Assembly: GCA_002633005.1 (NCBI GenBank)
Contig: NMRA01000256.1
Span: forward strand, 527,336-591,335
Direction: 5' to 3'
Length of the DNA stretch: 64,000 nt
DNA from: Phoronis australis
Taxonomy: Eukaryota > Animalia > Phoronida
Below, piece after piece: positions 27,421 to 40,574 of this stretch. The translations under genes and the position numbers were made by a program. Position 1 is the stretch's first letter, and each line of letters starts with the position of its first letter. The notes beneath the pieces were generated by a model, which saw only the letters and a list, made by a program, of their open reading frames with translations, made no database searches and was not told the DNA's origin.

Positions 27421-30400
27421 TTTGCTTTACTAACTGCACCTTAAGATAGGCAGCGGACAACTTAAAGGAACACCATTTCAGTCTAAACAAATTAAGCACC
27501 TCAATCGACGATAAGCAGGAGCGTATGTACTGTCAGTAAGATGCCAATCATAAAGCATTCTTCGAGCTAATTTAAGAATGAAAGTAACAGAATTTCATCC
27601 ACTTAGCACTGCGTTAAAGTGCTTGGAAGAAGGAAAACCTAATGAGCGGTATCCAACCAACAACTACTTTCGTGTAAAGGAATAAATTGACAAGGGTATG
27701 AGTACTACCAGAACTCTTGGTGGGATACGTGTCAAGTGTTGTTTTGTAGTGTTGAGATGCTGATTTTAATCTTTTCGTAAAACAAATGTCCGCTCAAAGT
27801 GGTACGTTGCATAATAATATGATCGCAGGATGCTGAAGGACAAGCAACTCTGCACGTGCTAGACGTAACTAAATAAATAATAGTTTAAATGCAATTATGT
27901 TAAAATGTTACACCTGGATATCTAATGTAAGCAAAATACAAGAAGTGTTTAAAGTTGTATCTAATCTTCAACATACGAATTTTGACTTCTCAATGGAGTG
28001 GGGGCTTTTCAGTAGTAATAGACTGGACAGCGTTCCGCACGACGCGAGAAGCTCGCAAAATCTCCGTAAGGTCACGCAAGACTTCGTGAGATATCGCCAT
28101 GCGTTGCAAGCAAAGCAAGTTATCACGGAATTGTTCCGACCATTGAACACCAATCAGGGCTGCGTTCCTTAGGCGTAAGATTTTAGCGAGATATCAAGTG
28201 TTCCATTGAAATTGGAACCCCAGTCGAAAACAGATTCCCGCACCTTCAAAACAGCTATCCAGGCCGAAAAACACGAGACCCGACCTTTAAAATAGGAACC
28301 CGGGGAAATGGACAGGACAGTTGTTGACCAAAACACTATTCCCGCTTTTTCTGTCAGAGTGAATGCGTTGAGTTCAGAAATTCTGATTCCAAATTCCATT
28401 TTAATGATCGATGAGGACAAGAACGATGAAATTGCTGACAGTGCAGATGTTTTGAGTGAATAATTCTTGCAGTCTATTTAAACAATGTAAAAAACAACTG
28501 TAAAGCACTTGAAGATGCTTTAACTCAAAGTTTGGGGATAATGACATCGTCTCGGAAAATTTGTCCGGGTTCCCTGCCCTTTCCCCCGGGGTTCGTGTTT
28601 TTCGGGCTAGTTACGTGTAGGTGTTATAAGGTGCGGGAGTATGTTTTCGACTCTGAGATATCTGTTTTACACCAAGATTCAAATTTCGATGGAAGACCTT
28701 AGATATGGCCTAGTATGATTACGTGCTCCAGTTGTAACGCATAGGCGATCTTACGTATAAAGCTGGAGTTTCTGCAAGTTTCCCGAGACTATTGAATGCA
28801 GAACACCCAGGGCACTAGCGCTGCATTTTCCGCTAGAGGTATTCACTTATTCCAACGGAAACTGGATTCTACTCCATGACATAACATTCCAAAGTCAGTC
28901 ACCGACGAACACTTCTGGTAGCAGTTATTTTGCAAGTCCGCTATTATTAAGCTTTCGTGCATACTCGCGAAACACGCACCTTTCCTCGCATGATTTTGCG
29001 TGTGGTTTTTCACGATCTTGCTATGCGAGATTCTTCTATCTAGGGCCCACACACCAGAAACAGACATTAAACTGCCTTGAACACTGAATAATCTGACCGC
29101 AATGGAGGACGGAGATTGGCAGACTTCAAAGACATGGCACCCGCAGGAGAAAGTTTCTCAAAATTCTTGGGTACACATGCAGATACCATGTACTATCTGG
29201 GAGTGACCCCCCCGGGGCACACACGCACGCAAACCTTCAAACAAAAGCAAAAAAAAAAACAACCGCCTTGGCGGTGGTAATAATGAGATGAACTTTGATA
29301 ATAAATTTGTCCGATAAATGAGAGTTTTAATGAGTGAGGTTTAAGTTATGCTTATTCTTTTTTTCTAATTTGCCGCTTGAGCCGATGCATTTCTTCTAAT
29401 CGAAAAATATTTAGCTTGCAACATTTAGTGATAGATGTCGCTGTAGTTTTCTAATCGTCTGTCGGTCGCCGGAATCCTTCGATCTTTTTGGATAGAAAAA
29501 CATGGGTTTTCGGTACAAAGGTACCTTTCCAACATTTCAGAAAGTGCGTATTTACACAGTTTACAAGAAAACTGGAAAAATTTGCCTATTCGATATTATG
29601 TTAGTAGTCGTACATGTACGTGGAATTGAAGTATTAGATAAGGGGAGCACACTCGGTGTACACTTAATCGTTAAAGCATAAGCAAGCCGATGAATATCAG
29701 AATATTTCTCAGTTAGGAGTTGCTAAATGCATTTCCCACCAGGCACCCTTCCAATTTTTAATACCAATACGTACATTTATATAGGGAAACTATCTAATTT
29801 CACGAAGTTTTTCTTTCCTTTGTAAAGAAAATCTCACGAGTAGCACATCGTCGAACTTCTTGATTTTTTTCGATGAAAATTACATTTTGTCTTCTTGTTA
29901 ATGCATATTCTATGTATCGTTGAGCGAGGCATGTTGGTACAATGACATCACTCTCATACATGCGCAACACACGATATCTCGTTGGTATTGTAAAAGGGCC
30001 TCTGTTTCTGATGACAACACCCTAAGACATGTACCTGTAGGACGAAACTTTTGGAAAGGAAACAAGAAAGCGCTTTAGAATTCAGCGATATAATAATTAA
30101 GCAAGGCTGTTATTGTTTGTTTTTGAGTACTACCATAACAGAAAATACTTGCAAGATTCGCGGAGAGAAAAAGGAAAACTTCCCAGTTCCAAGTGAATGT
30201 AGACAATTCGTGTCACCAAATGAATAAGCTGGTGGCACAAACACACAACTACCTTTAAAATGTAAATCCGCCAATGAATGTGGCGCAACAATGACAAAGT
30301 AGTATTAAGCTCAGATGGCGAGACGCGACATGCAACTTGAAAAGTCAGAAGCAAATCACCTTATGATTGCCGATTGTTACTAGTTGTAGCTTACCTCGTC

Positions 30401-32140
30401 AGAGCAGGGATTTATTGAAATTGGCATATCATGCGACCTTAAAACGGATAAGTCATAATGGCTTTTAATGTGCATCGTAATACACGCTACATACTGTACA
30501 TCTATTGACTACCAGGTTCGATACAGTCACACATGTACATGTAAGTTTCTTCTAACAATAACCTTAAAGAAAACAAGGTTTTTGTCCGTACAGAAAGGTT
30601 TTCACAGCGGAGAAAAGTGATTTTTTTGGTAATGTTATTTTTTCAAAGTCAACGGAGAGCCACCGTAACATTACGATAAACGATCATAAATCACGAGCGT
30701 AAAGATATTTCTCAACTGTAAATAACTTGTGTAATTTAACGATGTGAATTACGCCGGCCAGTAGCGGCTAGGCAAATCACGCGTTTCATACGTTGCTTGC
30801 ACTTAAATACCTATCTATGTAGGCCTACAGCTTTAAATAAAACGGGGAACATGAAACTCGAAATTTTGTATGGCGTTGTCTGCTTTACTTTTGAGCAAAA
30901 TCAAGATCAGTGGAGATTAGTCTGTGTTCGAGTACAGTATAATCTATGAATAATCCTTTCTAGTCCAAGTTTGCACTTGATGACCTCTATATTGGTGATC
31001 CAAACTCGAGTAAAAACTCGAGAGTTCGAGTTTAGCGAGTTTAGATTCGTATTTTTAGCCTTCGATTTCGAGTAAAAAATTTAACTCCAAGCCTTGGGCG
31101 TGTGCACGTTCTCGTAGTCCCAAGGTCTCAAAATAAGTAGTGGCACCGGATATAAACTGACAGTATGATTTACATTCTTATTGACTACAGCAAAACTTTA
31201 CAAGCTTATTGCAAGTTATATTGCTGACACTATGAGTTTTACACAATTTTTATAGCAAAGTAACATTTTCTTGCTATTCCATCTCGACTTACCCAGTACG
31301 TTGTATATGTTAAACAGGTGTTGGCGTGTGCGCATCGTGATACAAACTGAAGAAATGATCATAAAATCTAGCAATACATGATCTACCACTTTATGTAACA
31401 TATGTGACGAACACAAGCAAGTCGCCTCCACGGCGAAGATCAGATATAGGGATTGAGAACCAAGGAAAGGCACTCCATGTAAATACCATTACTTAACACC
31501 ATCAGAATTTAGTCCAGCAGCTCACATTGCAAAACGCCGGACCACCCTCGAACGCAACAAACTTGCCTTAAGACATCTTAAGTATGTTTCCACGGATTAT
31601 CCTCTTTTCTCAACTCGTAAAACCACCAATCGGATGAGGATCTCACCTCTCCCGAGAGGCCCGGGCCGGTTGTCAAACTATCTGTGAGGTCTGAACAAAC
31701 AATGAACCACTACACTATACATGTCCACATACTGGGAAAAGCTTTTTGGGTGAGTGCTCATCTTTACAATAATGCATGACCACTTACCGAAAAAAGACCT
31801 GACACAAAATGTTTTCCTTGCAGTTTGCTTCTTCCTAGACTAGAGAAAAACTTCAGCTAGACAGTGCACAAACTGCCTCTGTTGCTACATGTATTTTCTA
31901 CCACAAAATCTGCAGGTGACGAGACCGGATCGTCTGCGAGTCGACTCATCAAGCAATGCCAAACAATATGTCGTAGAAATCGAAAACAGTTCGCGAGTCC
32001 GCCCAAAATTATATAAAAAATAGATATTTCACGAGTATGGGACGGTAAGAAATTAAATAGCAGTTATCGAAACCCAAAAAATGACCACTTGGCATTGCTT
32101 TTGTTCCTCCATATTACAAGATTATGTTATGCTTTTTCGT

Positions 32141-32620
32141 CAGCCTTGTCCCCAAGCCTCAAGATGACGCTGACCGGTTAGCCATTTGAGATTTGGTTAT
32201 GGGAAATACTTGGCTTCTTCGCAATGCTTGGCCGATGCATTGACGTTATTAAAACAAATTATTTTTACAGGCGTTGTTGCTGCTATTTATGAAGCAAGAG
32301 GCATTGTTTTGGTTATTGTTTGAAATAAAGGTTGTTGGCGTAATTATTTTCACTTATTTTTATTAATAGTATAATTGATAGTAATCAGTTTTGGAATAAA
32401 AAAGGCAATAATTTAGACCTAAACTGCTGCAATATACTGTTAGTTTTCATTTTTATATAATACTGCAGAAAACTTCAAAGTTTATAAAGATTTATATTAC
32501 TCGTGATATTTCGGCGATTCCCGTAAAATGCGTCAGAATTCTGGCCCATTTAATTTCCCATAACCTAGCCTCAAATGGCTAAACCGACCACCGCCATCTT
32601 GAGGCTTGTGGAAGAGACTG
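32141..32620. mobile_element. 480-bp non-autonomous TIR element with 10-bp TSD
   Basis: Perfect GCTTTTTCGT at 32131-32140 and 32621-32630. Imperfect TIRs of about 70 bp, CAGCCTTGTCCCCAAGCCTCAAGATG...CATCTTGAGGCTTGTGGAAGAGACTG. AT-rich non-coding interior. Confidence 0.9.
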
Positions 32621-33174
32621 GCTTTTTCGTGTGAGGTTACTGCATATGGTCCCTCGTGCTGAGATAGCTGTCACCAGTTATCATGCATGAGAATCTGAAA
32701 TCGGACCGGAACGATCCACGCTTCTAGCGACGCTAGCGGTGAAATAAGTGCACAATTTAACTCAGCAAAGGTCTAGTGGGCTATTGAGCGAGGCCATGGC
32801 AACATCGTGTTGCCAGGAGCTCGCCCATAACCCATTGTGGCTAGTCTGTACATGGGAAGTTTCGAAACTAGAGCTATCGCTAGGGCTGACCATTCGCCAT
32901 TACTGTGGTACCGTTACGACAACTTTGCCAAAATCCAGGAGTAGAACGCTGGTGAATTTCTAGGTCACACCAAACTGTGGACCTCACATCAACTAAAGTT
33001 TAACATTGAGGACCATAAACAAAAAACAGTTGCAGGCGATTTGGTACATGTTGTACCAGACGTGCGCAGGCCGCGCATGTGGGCCCATTGCACTGATCAC
33101 CTGGGACTATTTTTGTGCTTTATTAATATATAGCTAAAACCGAGCTGAGGCCACCCGTTCCAAACGCCTGCACA

Positions 33175-33955
33175 AAAAATTGAAAAAGTGTACAATAAAT
33201 TTTGTAAGTTCTTATGGCGAATTGGATAACATGATTCCAATTTTGCAGTGAGAAGAGAGCTTGGTAGAGTGACAATTACGGTTCATTCATTATTGAGAAT
33301 TGTTAAATACTGGTTAAAGATTGCCAAAATGCCAAGTTATCGATCGCTACATGTATGTTAGCGTGTGGCCGTGTGCTATAATGTACAATATGAAATGAAT
33401 GAACGAAGTAAGTGTTTCTGGGCTTTAAATGTCAAACGATTATTATTTACAGTACGAATGGTTTTGGAATTGTTTGGACACAACAGGGGTAAGCGAGACT
33501 GTCTCATTTATATTTTAATTTCAGCATCGATTCTGTGACTTTGATGTCCAGGATTGGAGAAACAGTATATCTCCCCATAATTATAGAATTTTAAAAATGA
33601 GTTTCTTATTAAAACACATAACATGTCTAGAAAACAGAAAAATCAGGAACCCCAACTGGGAATCGAACCACAGGTCTCTAGATTGCCGGTCTAGTGCTCT
33701 CACCGCAATCTAGAGACCTGTGGTTCGATTCCCAGTTGGGGATCCTGATTTTTCTGTGTTTATTTGATATATTTCATTACTAGCCAACCTCAGCTTCAAT
33801 ATATTTACCATGTCTAGGAAACAGTTGTCTTAGAGTAGCCCTCGCAAGACTTAGATGTTCGTCTCATTCTTTAATCGCACATAAGGCCGGGAAGTTTTTT
33901 TGGTCTGAGTAGAGAGGAAACAACATGCCCCTGTTGCAATAGTGGTAAAGTGGAA
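33175..33955 (+). mobile_element. RTEX-like LINE 3' remnant, interrupted
   Basis: [61 protein letters not shown]; same motif order as 24280-26070. Confidence 0.8.
33638..33808 (+). mobile_element. tRNA-derived SINE-like insertion with inverted duplication and 16-bp TSD
   Basis: Flanked by CATGTCTAG(A/G)AAACAG at 33622-33637 and 33809-33824. 53-bp inverted arms 33634-33686 / 33705-33757 with 1 mismatch, each with B-box GGTTCGATTCC. Confidence 0.75.
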
Positions 33956-34760
33956 CCTACCCACACTGATCTGTACCTGAATTCTCGCTCAAACCATCAT
34001 CTCCAACATAAAAGATCAGTTGTGCGTACACTTTTAAACTGAGATGGACAATAAGTTACAGAAGAAAGTGACAGATTTTGAACAGGCTAGACTGAATCAA
34101 ACATGTGTTGCGTGACAACGACTACTCCGACTGGATGTTCGATCCCAGACCCAATGTGTCTAAGGAGGTTGACGCTTTTAGAGTAAACGTACAGTAGGTT
34201 CACAGTCTCTCGAAAAAAATGCCAATATCGTCAGAGAACACCAGATAGGCACATACTACAAACTATTTTACACAAAAGAGTGCTTTGGTTCATCCGAAAA
34301 ACAAGTCAGACGACAACAAGAAATACAGGGTGATATACATGATCAAGTGCCCCCATTGTCCAGCCCAATATGGTGGTGAGACCGCTCGGAATAGAGACAC
34401 CAGACTAAAAGAAAATTTTTACATATCACCTGGCAACCTTACAGCCGCAGGAGAATACCGCATGGCGACATCTGCAAACCTACAGTCAAAATACCAACCA
34501 GAGAAAATAAATGTTATAATCGTGAAATCCGAGAAGCAATAGAAATCATGAGCAAAAAGCCGAAATAGAACAGAGACAGAGGATATGAATTACCAGCGCC
34601 TCCTCGCAAATGACAGCCACCAGCTGGTGCTGGAAAACCGGCACGGACCATCCACTGATGACCATGTGACACGAAGATTCCCGGCAGCACCCGTACTAAA
34701 GGCCCAGGTTAGGACCAAAAGCTAGGTTCGCAAGTGCAAACAGTCGCCGATAGATCAAAC
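33956..34760 (+). mobile_element. Penelope-like element, 5'-truncated (RT C-terminus + GIY-YIG endonuclease remnant)
   Basis: [27 protein letters not shown]; VIYMIKCPHCPAQYGGETARNRDTRLKE (GIY-YIG); EAIEI...NRDRGYELP C-terminus typical of PLEs. Confidence 0.9.
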
Positions 34761-34794
34761 TACTCTATTCCCTAAACTATGTAACGGCGCCAGA

Positions 34795-35705
34795 TATGGC
34801 GTGTTATGTGTTGCAAAATTCAATGTTAAAAAAATTAGGTTTGATGTTATTATGTGTATTCGATACCTTATATTTATATTTGATCTTACAGTATGTACAT
34901 TTGATGTCAAAATATTTGTATTCCATAATGAAAATACTTATGTGCGATAACTTAGTTTTTTGTTCGATGTTTCATTTTATATGTTCGATGTTTCGTTTTA
35001 TGTGTTCGATGTTTCTTTTGATATGTTCAATAACGGAATTATGGGTATTATGAAACGACGTCCCTGATTGGTTCCTGGAATTAAATAAAAAGGGTGGCTA
35101 CCGAAGAAGAGTTGCTTCCTCATTTTTTCGACAATTTAGCCCATTTCATCGATATTTGTGAACACGAATTCAGTTCAAGCGATTCAGAGGTGGTTAATGA
35201 TGCTATGCAACAGATAGATGCCTATTTATACGCCCTTAAGTCCATTGACGAGCGATTTCGCGAGGAAATCGGTTCTGACCCTAACCAGCCAACAACAAAC
35301 CAAGCCCAGGGTGAATCAACAAGTTCCACTACGCGCGGGTAAATAACGTCTCAACACAGCTGACCAATCACAGCCGTCATTTTAATTTACCCAGAGCAAA
35401 GATTTTATATAGTATCTTTGCCCAGAGTTCCATTATCGGATGTAACCGGAAAACATCGAACATAAATTTTCAAAACATTGAATACAATAGTAATGAACAT
35501 TGAATACATATAATCTTATGAAACATAAATGTAGAAAACATTGAATATAAGATCAAAAATAAATATAAGAAGATCAAAAATAAATATAAGAAGATCAAAT
35601 ATAAATATAAGAAGATCAAATATAAATATAAGATATCCAATACATATAATTACATCAAACCTATTTTTTTTGAACATTGAATTTTGCAACACATAACACG
35701 CCATA
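34795..35705 (+). mobile_element. IS3EU-type non-autonomous DNA transposon
   Basis: Termini TATGGCGTGTTATGTGTTGCAAAATTCAATGTT...AACATTGAATTTTGCAACACATAACACGCCATA with 6-bp direct repeat GCCAGA at 34789-34794 and 35706-35711. TAY..RTA ends plus a 6-bp TSD are the described IS3EU signature. Confidence 0.75.
35094..35342 (+). pseudogene. Truncated internal ORF of the IS3EU-type element (possible transposase N-terminus)
   Basis: 82-codon open frame (GTG start) with protein-like helical composition (LLPHFFDNLAHFIDICEHEF...), filling the unique centre between the long inverted arms. Confidence 0.45.
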
Positions 35706-35719
35706 GCCAGATATGAACA

Positions 35720-35989
35720 TTCATTCAATCAAAACTGATGTAATCACAAAACTGTTTTTACTGTTTCTTGAGATGTCACATCATTTTCAATTCATGCAAA
35801 TTATTGTTTTTGTAAAAATCACAAAAACACCTATTTTTGATAGCTCAATCTCTTGCAAACGTAGACAAATAAATATAATTCCTAACAACGTTTCGCAGAA
35901 TAATGAAAAGTATCGGAATGTTTCATTTGAATTCGATCAGCTATTTGTGAAATATGACGTTCTCCAAGTTTTTAGGGTCCTACATAACC
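35720..35989 (-). repeat. TTAA-GG-ended MITE family terminus (related to 2136-2560)
   Basis: AGGGTCCTACATAACC|TTAA reverse-complements to TTAA|GGTTATGTAGGACCCT. The inner boundary is a guess. Confidence 0.5.
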
Positions 35990-37250
35990 TTAATAATGAA
36001 AAGACAAAGAATATTTTTATAACAAAGCGCATGTGCACATAGCTGAAGGTCTGAAACACTCAGTCGTCTGGTCACGGATTATTCATCTTGGCAAATTCAT
36101 GAATGGGGAAACGTCATCATGGATGAAATCCAAAAGGTTCGATAGAAGTTCAAAATTAAACAAGACGTGATTGTACCACTGCGTAGCGATATTAGCAAAA
36201 GATATTATATGCTTGCTCACCCAGCCATTTCTTTGTGGGGCAGCAAGGCTTTTCCAACAAGATGTTACACTCTCGTGCCTACATGTATTTGACTCATGTT
36301 GGCACATTCGAGCTTTAAGGAATGACATGGACATGCGCAGCGGGCATGAATCTTCGTCTGCCTATCACTACGCAGAATTCAAACTGCTTTACACATTGTT
36401 ATGTTATTCTGACAGCTTGTTTACAGTTGACTTCTTTTCCAGCAAATATTTACTGGCACTTTAAAAACCAGGGTAGTAATTGATCGACAATTGATAATGT
36501 CTTGCCCCTCCCCAAGTTTCTATTGATTATGACCTGGGCAAACACTAAACGATCATTAATGCATAGCAAGACCATCGATGTCATTTCTATGTCAAGAATG
36601 ACCAAGTATGCTATTTAGTTACATTCGTAATGTAAAGTTATTTAAATATAATTAGAAAATTTCATATAAGGCGCAGGAATTTGGACACGAGATCTCCTAC
36701 CATCTCACAAGAAGTCAATCTTGTGTTAACTGGTAGACGTTGGTGAGAGCACTGCGTTTTTCGATAGTGAATTAGACCAAATACGTCCATCTAAACTCTG
36801 TTGACCTAACTTATGTATTTATTTCTATATCCGTTGTTTTGATAACGGTATTGGTTCTTTCAGTTCACATGCCGCGCACATTCTGCCAAAATGTTCTCAT
36901 TGGCACTATCCAATTCTTCGAACATGTCTGCCATTGATATAGGCAGAAAGGAAGATACATCCAATTATTTCCTGCCTGTCGGCGACATTACAACCCCGAA
37001 AATTGCTATAATTTTAAAAATGCAAACAGTCAACGTGCGGGTTATATATCACAGTTTTATTTTTCAGGGTCACCTGATTAGTTTTTTGCATTAAATTTCA
37101 TTAGATTCGTAAACTGTTAACATTGTTCTTGTAGGACTTATATTCATTTGTATTATTTTCGTAAACAGTTTTCAATTGGCAAAATAGATGTGACAAAATC
37201 CAAAAAAGCTAAATCTCTGAGCAGTGTTTTGATTGAGGTCCAACAACACT

Positions 37251-37551
37251 GGGGCCTGTTTCCGAACTGTCTATAGCCAACTGTTATTTTTTAATCTTTT
37301 GGCTTTGACTCTGAGTCTGCTCCCAAGCAGGCTAGGAATGTCTTTTGGCTTCGAATTGTAGAGATATTTCTGACTTTTAGCCTTAGCCTTCTGCGAGTTT
37401 AAAACCTGTTTCGCGGTAAGAAAAAGCTAGCCAAAATCACGTGATCTCATGGAAAATACATGGCGATATCTCGCAGAGTCTCTCGAGATCTTGCTTTTGT
37501 AGCGGTGTACCAGCGCTATTGAGCTCGACCCAGATTTCGTGAAACAAGCCG
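37251..37551 (+). mobile_element. Harbinger-like MITE
   Basis: Termini GGGGCCTGTTTCCGAA...TTCGTGAAACAAGCC. Internal segment repeated at 21430 and 27310. Confidence 0.5.
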
Positions 37552-40500
37552 AGTCATCCATTGACTGATTTTAGCCAAAAGACAACTGAGACAATAGATT
37601 CCTAGAGAAAGTGCCCCGGAGACACAACAAAGATAGAAACAGCTGATTTTCCAAGATGCCAACTAAAACAAATTTCGGGAATGGAACTAGGCTACTGCAA
37701 ATCTGTGTCTTTTAGATGACAACCAATTTCCACGTCTTGTTCCGAGTATTAGCTGTAAGATGGTGACGTTTGTTGCAAAATGCACAGTATACAGCGAGCA
37801 ATTCACGCAGTGAGGAGAAAGCTCGTTCACGTACAATGACCACAGACTGACATACCGCGAACTGAGCACACGTCCACCTTCATTAGTAAAATTCGTCAAT
37901 TATGCGTTTTACCCACTTTAGAAACAAACGAGTACCATTTTTTCCACAACCCCATAATAAAGGGCCTTTGGCACCAACGACGTGCTGAGTGACAGTGTGC
38001 GCCATTGTGTAGACTGATTTCGTTAAGTGTGATGTTATCTGGTCGCAAACGTCAGTGAATAATTGCGCCTAAAGTACCAATGACTTTACAAAAGTTTCTT
38101 GTTCATTACTTAACATCTATAGACAGATTCAATCAAATATAATAAAATAGTTCCCACATATGTTCAGTGTTTTTAAGTAAAACATTTATTAATCCAACCA
38201 ACCAGTACATAGTTGTACAGCAATATGAAATATAGCCAAGTACACCAAACAGATTAGAAACATTATCGAACCCTATAAAAGCTAGTTGCTAGGCAAAAAA
38301 GTAGACCACCTAGCTTGGAATCTCTCAGGAGCCATTCCTTATGTTGAATGTTGGTAGATTTGTCAAACAGAAGTTTCAAAGAAGTTTAAAATGTTTTACT
38401 CCAGGGTTTCACCTTTGTTTTTGTCACAAGACATAACTGGATTATAATGAACTATCTTCTGTTCTATTCACATGAACAAGCCTTCAAATTTCAGAAGACT
38501 TATAATTTTGCGAAGCTAAAATCTATTGTTTTGAAGACATTCGGCTAAATCTTCAGTTTTGTCAAATTTCTGCATAATTAAATGATTCGTTATCGCAATC
38601 TGTGTTTTTGAACGTGTTTACACTGAGGCCTCTGAGTTAAGCACCTGGTACCCGTGTAATAGAGAGTGAACTGAATTTGACTTTTGTGACGTAGGAACTC
38701 CTCCCATGTACTCATGTAATGCAGACTCGTCGATATAAACTCTCTGGCTACGAATAGCAACGCGCAAACTGCCTGGCAGCGAATTACAGGCGCTGATATG
38801 GTAAAATACCACGCAATCTGCTTAACAATACCCAAATGAACAATGATGGCAAGCGCTGAAAAATCGGAAAAAAATAAAACATTCATTGGTCAGTCTAAGC
38901 CCAAACACATGAAGCTCTAGTTGCATTACGAATATTTTGAACTCTGCTCGTGTTTGAATAACACCATGCTCTGCAAGCTGGCGTCGAATGTTAAGAAAAG
39001 TCGTAAAAATTTCTTTCGTCAGTGAACAGCCGGTACGCACAGGTGGCTCTCGTAGTCAACAAGAACACAGGTTTACGTCAATCAGAAACAAGTACCCACG
39101 CATTGTGTTCACTTTGCTTGAAGAGGTGGTTTTCAAAGGGCAAATTTGGAATGTTCTACCTACACAGTTGTGACGAATGTACGGGTGTACATGTACCGTA
39201 AAATAATCTTTTTCGGTTCTCTTGACGTGCCTATAAGAATTCGTAATTCTAAATTAACTGAGCAATTTATCATTAAAAAGGCCAGTTCCAAAACACGACT
39301 CCATTGTCTGTTTCCCCGCATGCACATTGAAATCCTCGACGACTACTTAATTTTCAAATGGCTCATTCAAGTACGAATCTAGTTGAGAAGGTATGTGAAG
39401 TTGGCTAAATTTGTTGCTTAACTTTTCAAAAGAGATTCTTTCGATAAAACGGCACGGGGAACAAGAGATTTATGTGGAAAATCCTGACATTTTAGCATAT
39501 ACTGACGACTACTCTTACCAACCGTCTTTTTCAGTGTTTGTTTGAACCCGGTACTGTATTTTAGCTCATTTAATTGCCTTCCATGGCTAACTACAACTGC
39601 ACCGTTTTCTAGCGTGTCCGTAAATAGTTATTTACAGACATGTGACGGGGTTGGGAACTGTTTTACCTACAGAGTGACCCGTGGGCTGGGGACTTCCCAA
39701 TTTTGTCAGATCCAGTTACCAGAATTTTGAGTGCCACAAAATCATATACTAATAAAGTAACAATACTAACACCGTTGGTTGCTAAGGTGGTCCAAACAAA
39801 CCTTTGGTTATGGAATACGGCAAATATTTGGCGTCTCTTTCTCTGCTTACAGGCGTTTATCAGTGTATCATGCATGTTCCTAGTTGGCAATTAATTCTTG
39901 TTTATACCCGCCACATGTTTGCAAAATAGATTTAAATGTAGCGCTTCATCGTATAGTTATAGAATTGTCTAATCGAACGGGATGTCATACCACGGCAAAT
40001 TACTACCCCCGGTTATTATCGGCGTTTGCAGTAATCAAATCAATTACCGGCACGTATTTTTACCTAATAACAGCGTCATAACGTGTAACAAAGTTTAACA
40101 GTGGCTTGTTATAAGGATATTTCTCGGACTTGTTTCTGACAACATAAATCAGCAAAACCAGAGAAGTAACTAGAGCAGGCTAAGTTGTTAGCTCATTGCG
40201 TAATACAGCACAATCGATCTACCAGAAATTTCCGAAAGTAAACTCACCCAAAAGTACGTCCGAGGGCGTATTTTCTGAAAAATTACAAAAAAACACACAG
40301 TGGTGTATTTTCGGCAATTGTTTGCTTGTTTTGAAAATCCAAAGGATTGTTCTGTTAGCATAGTATAAAAGACGGTTTTAACACCCAGTTTCCGAATCGC
40401 CCTCCTTTTTCCCGAAAATACGCCCAGGCGTATATTCGGTTTCACTGAACGTTTTTGAACAGTCGTTTTCCGAATATCCGCCCAAGTGCGTGTATGCGGA

Positions 40501-40574
40501 ATTTCCCGGTATGCATTCAATGCGTGCTTGAATGCACGTGCGAGAATTGTTATTCGTATACCATCTGAACAATT

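Noticed and set aside
33634-33757. Functional tRNA (GGC anticodon-like loop)
   Set aside because: No 5' acceptor or D-stem half, bulged T-stem, and embedded in a TSD-flanked insertion.
35549-35632. CRISPR-like array
   Set aside because: Head-to-tail 21-bp tandem units without unique spacers, inside a eukaryotic transposon arm; no cas genes.
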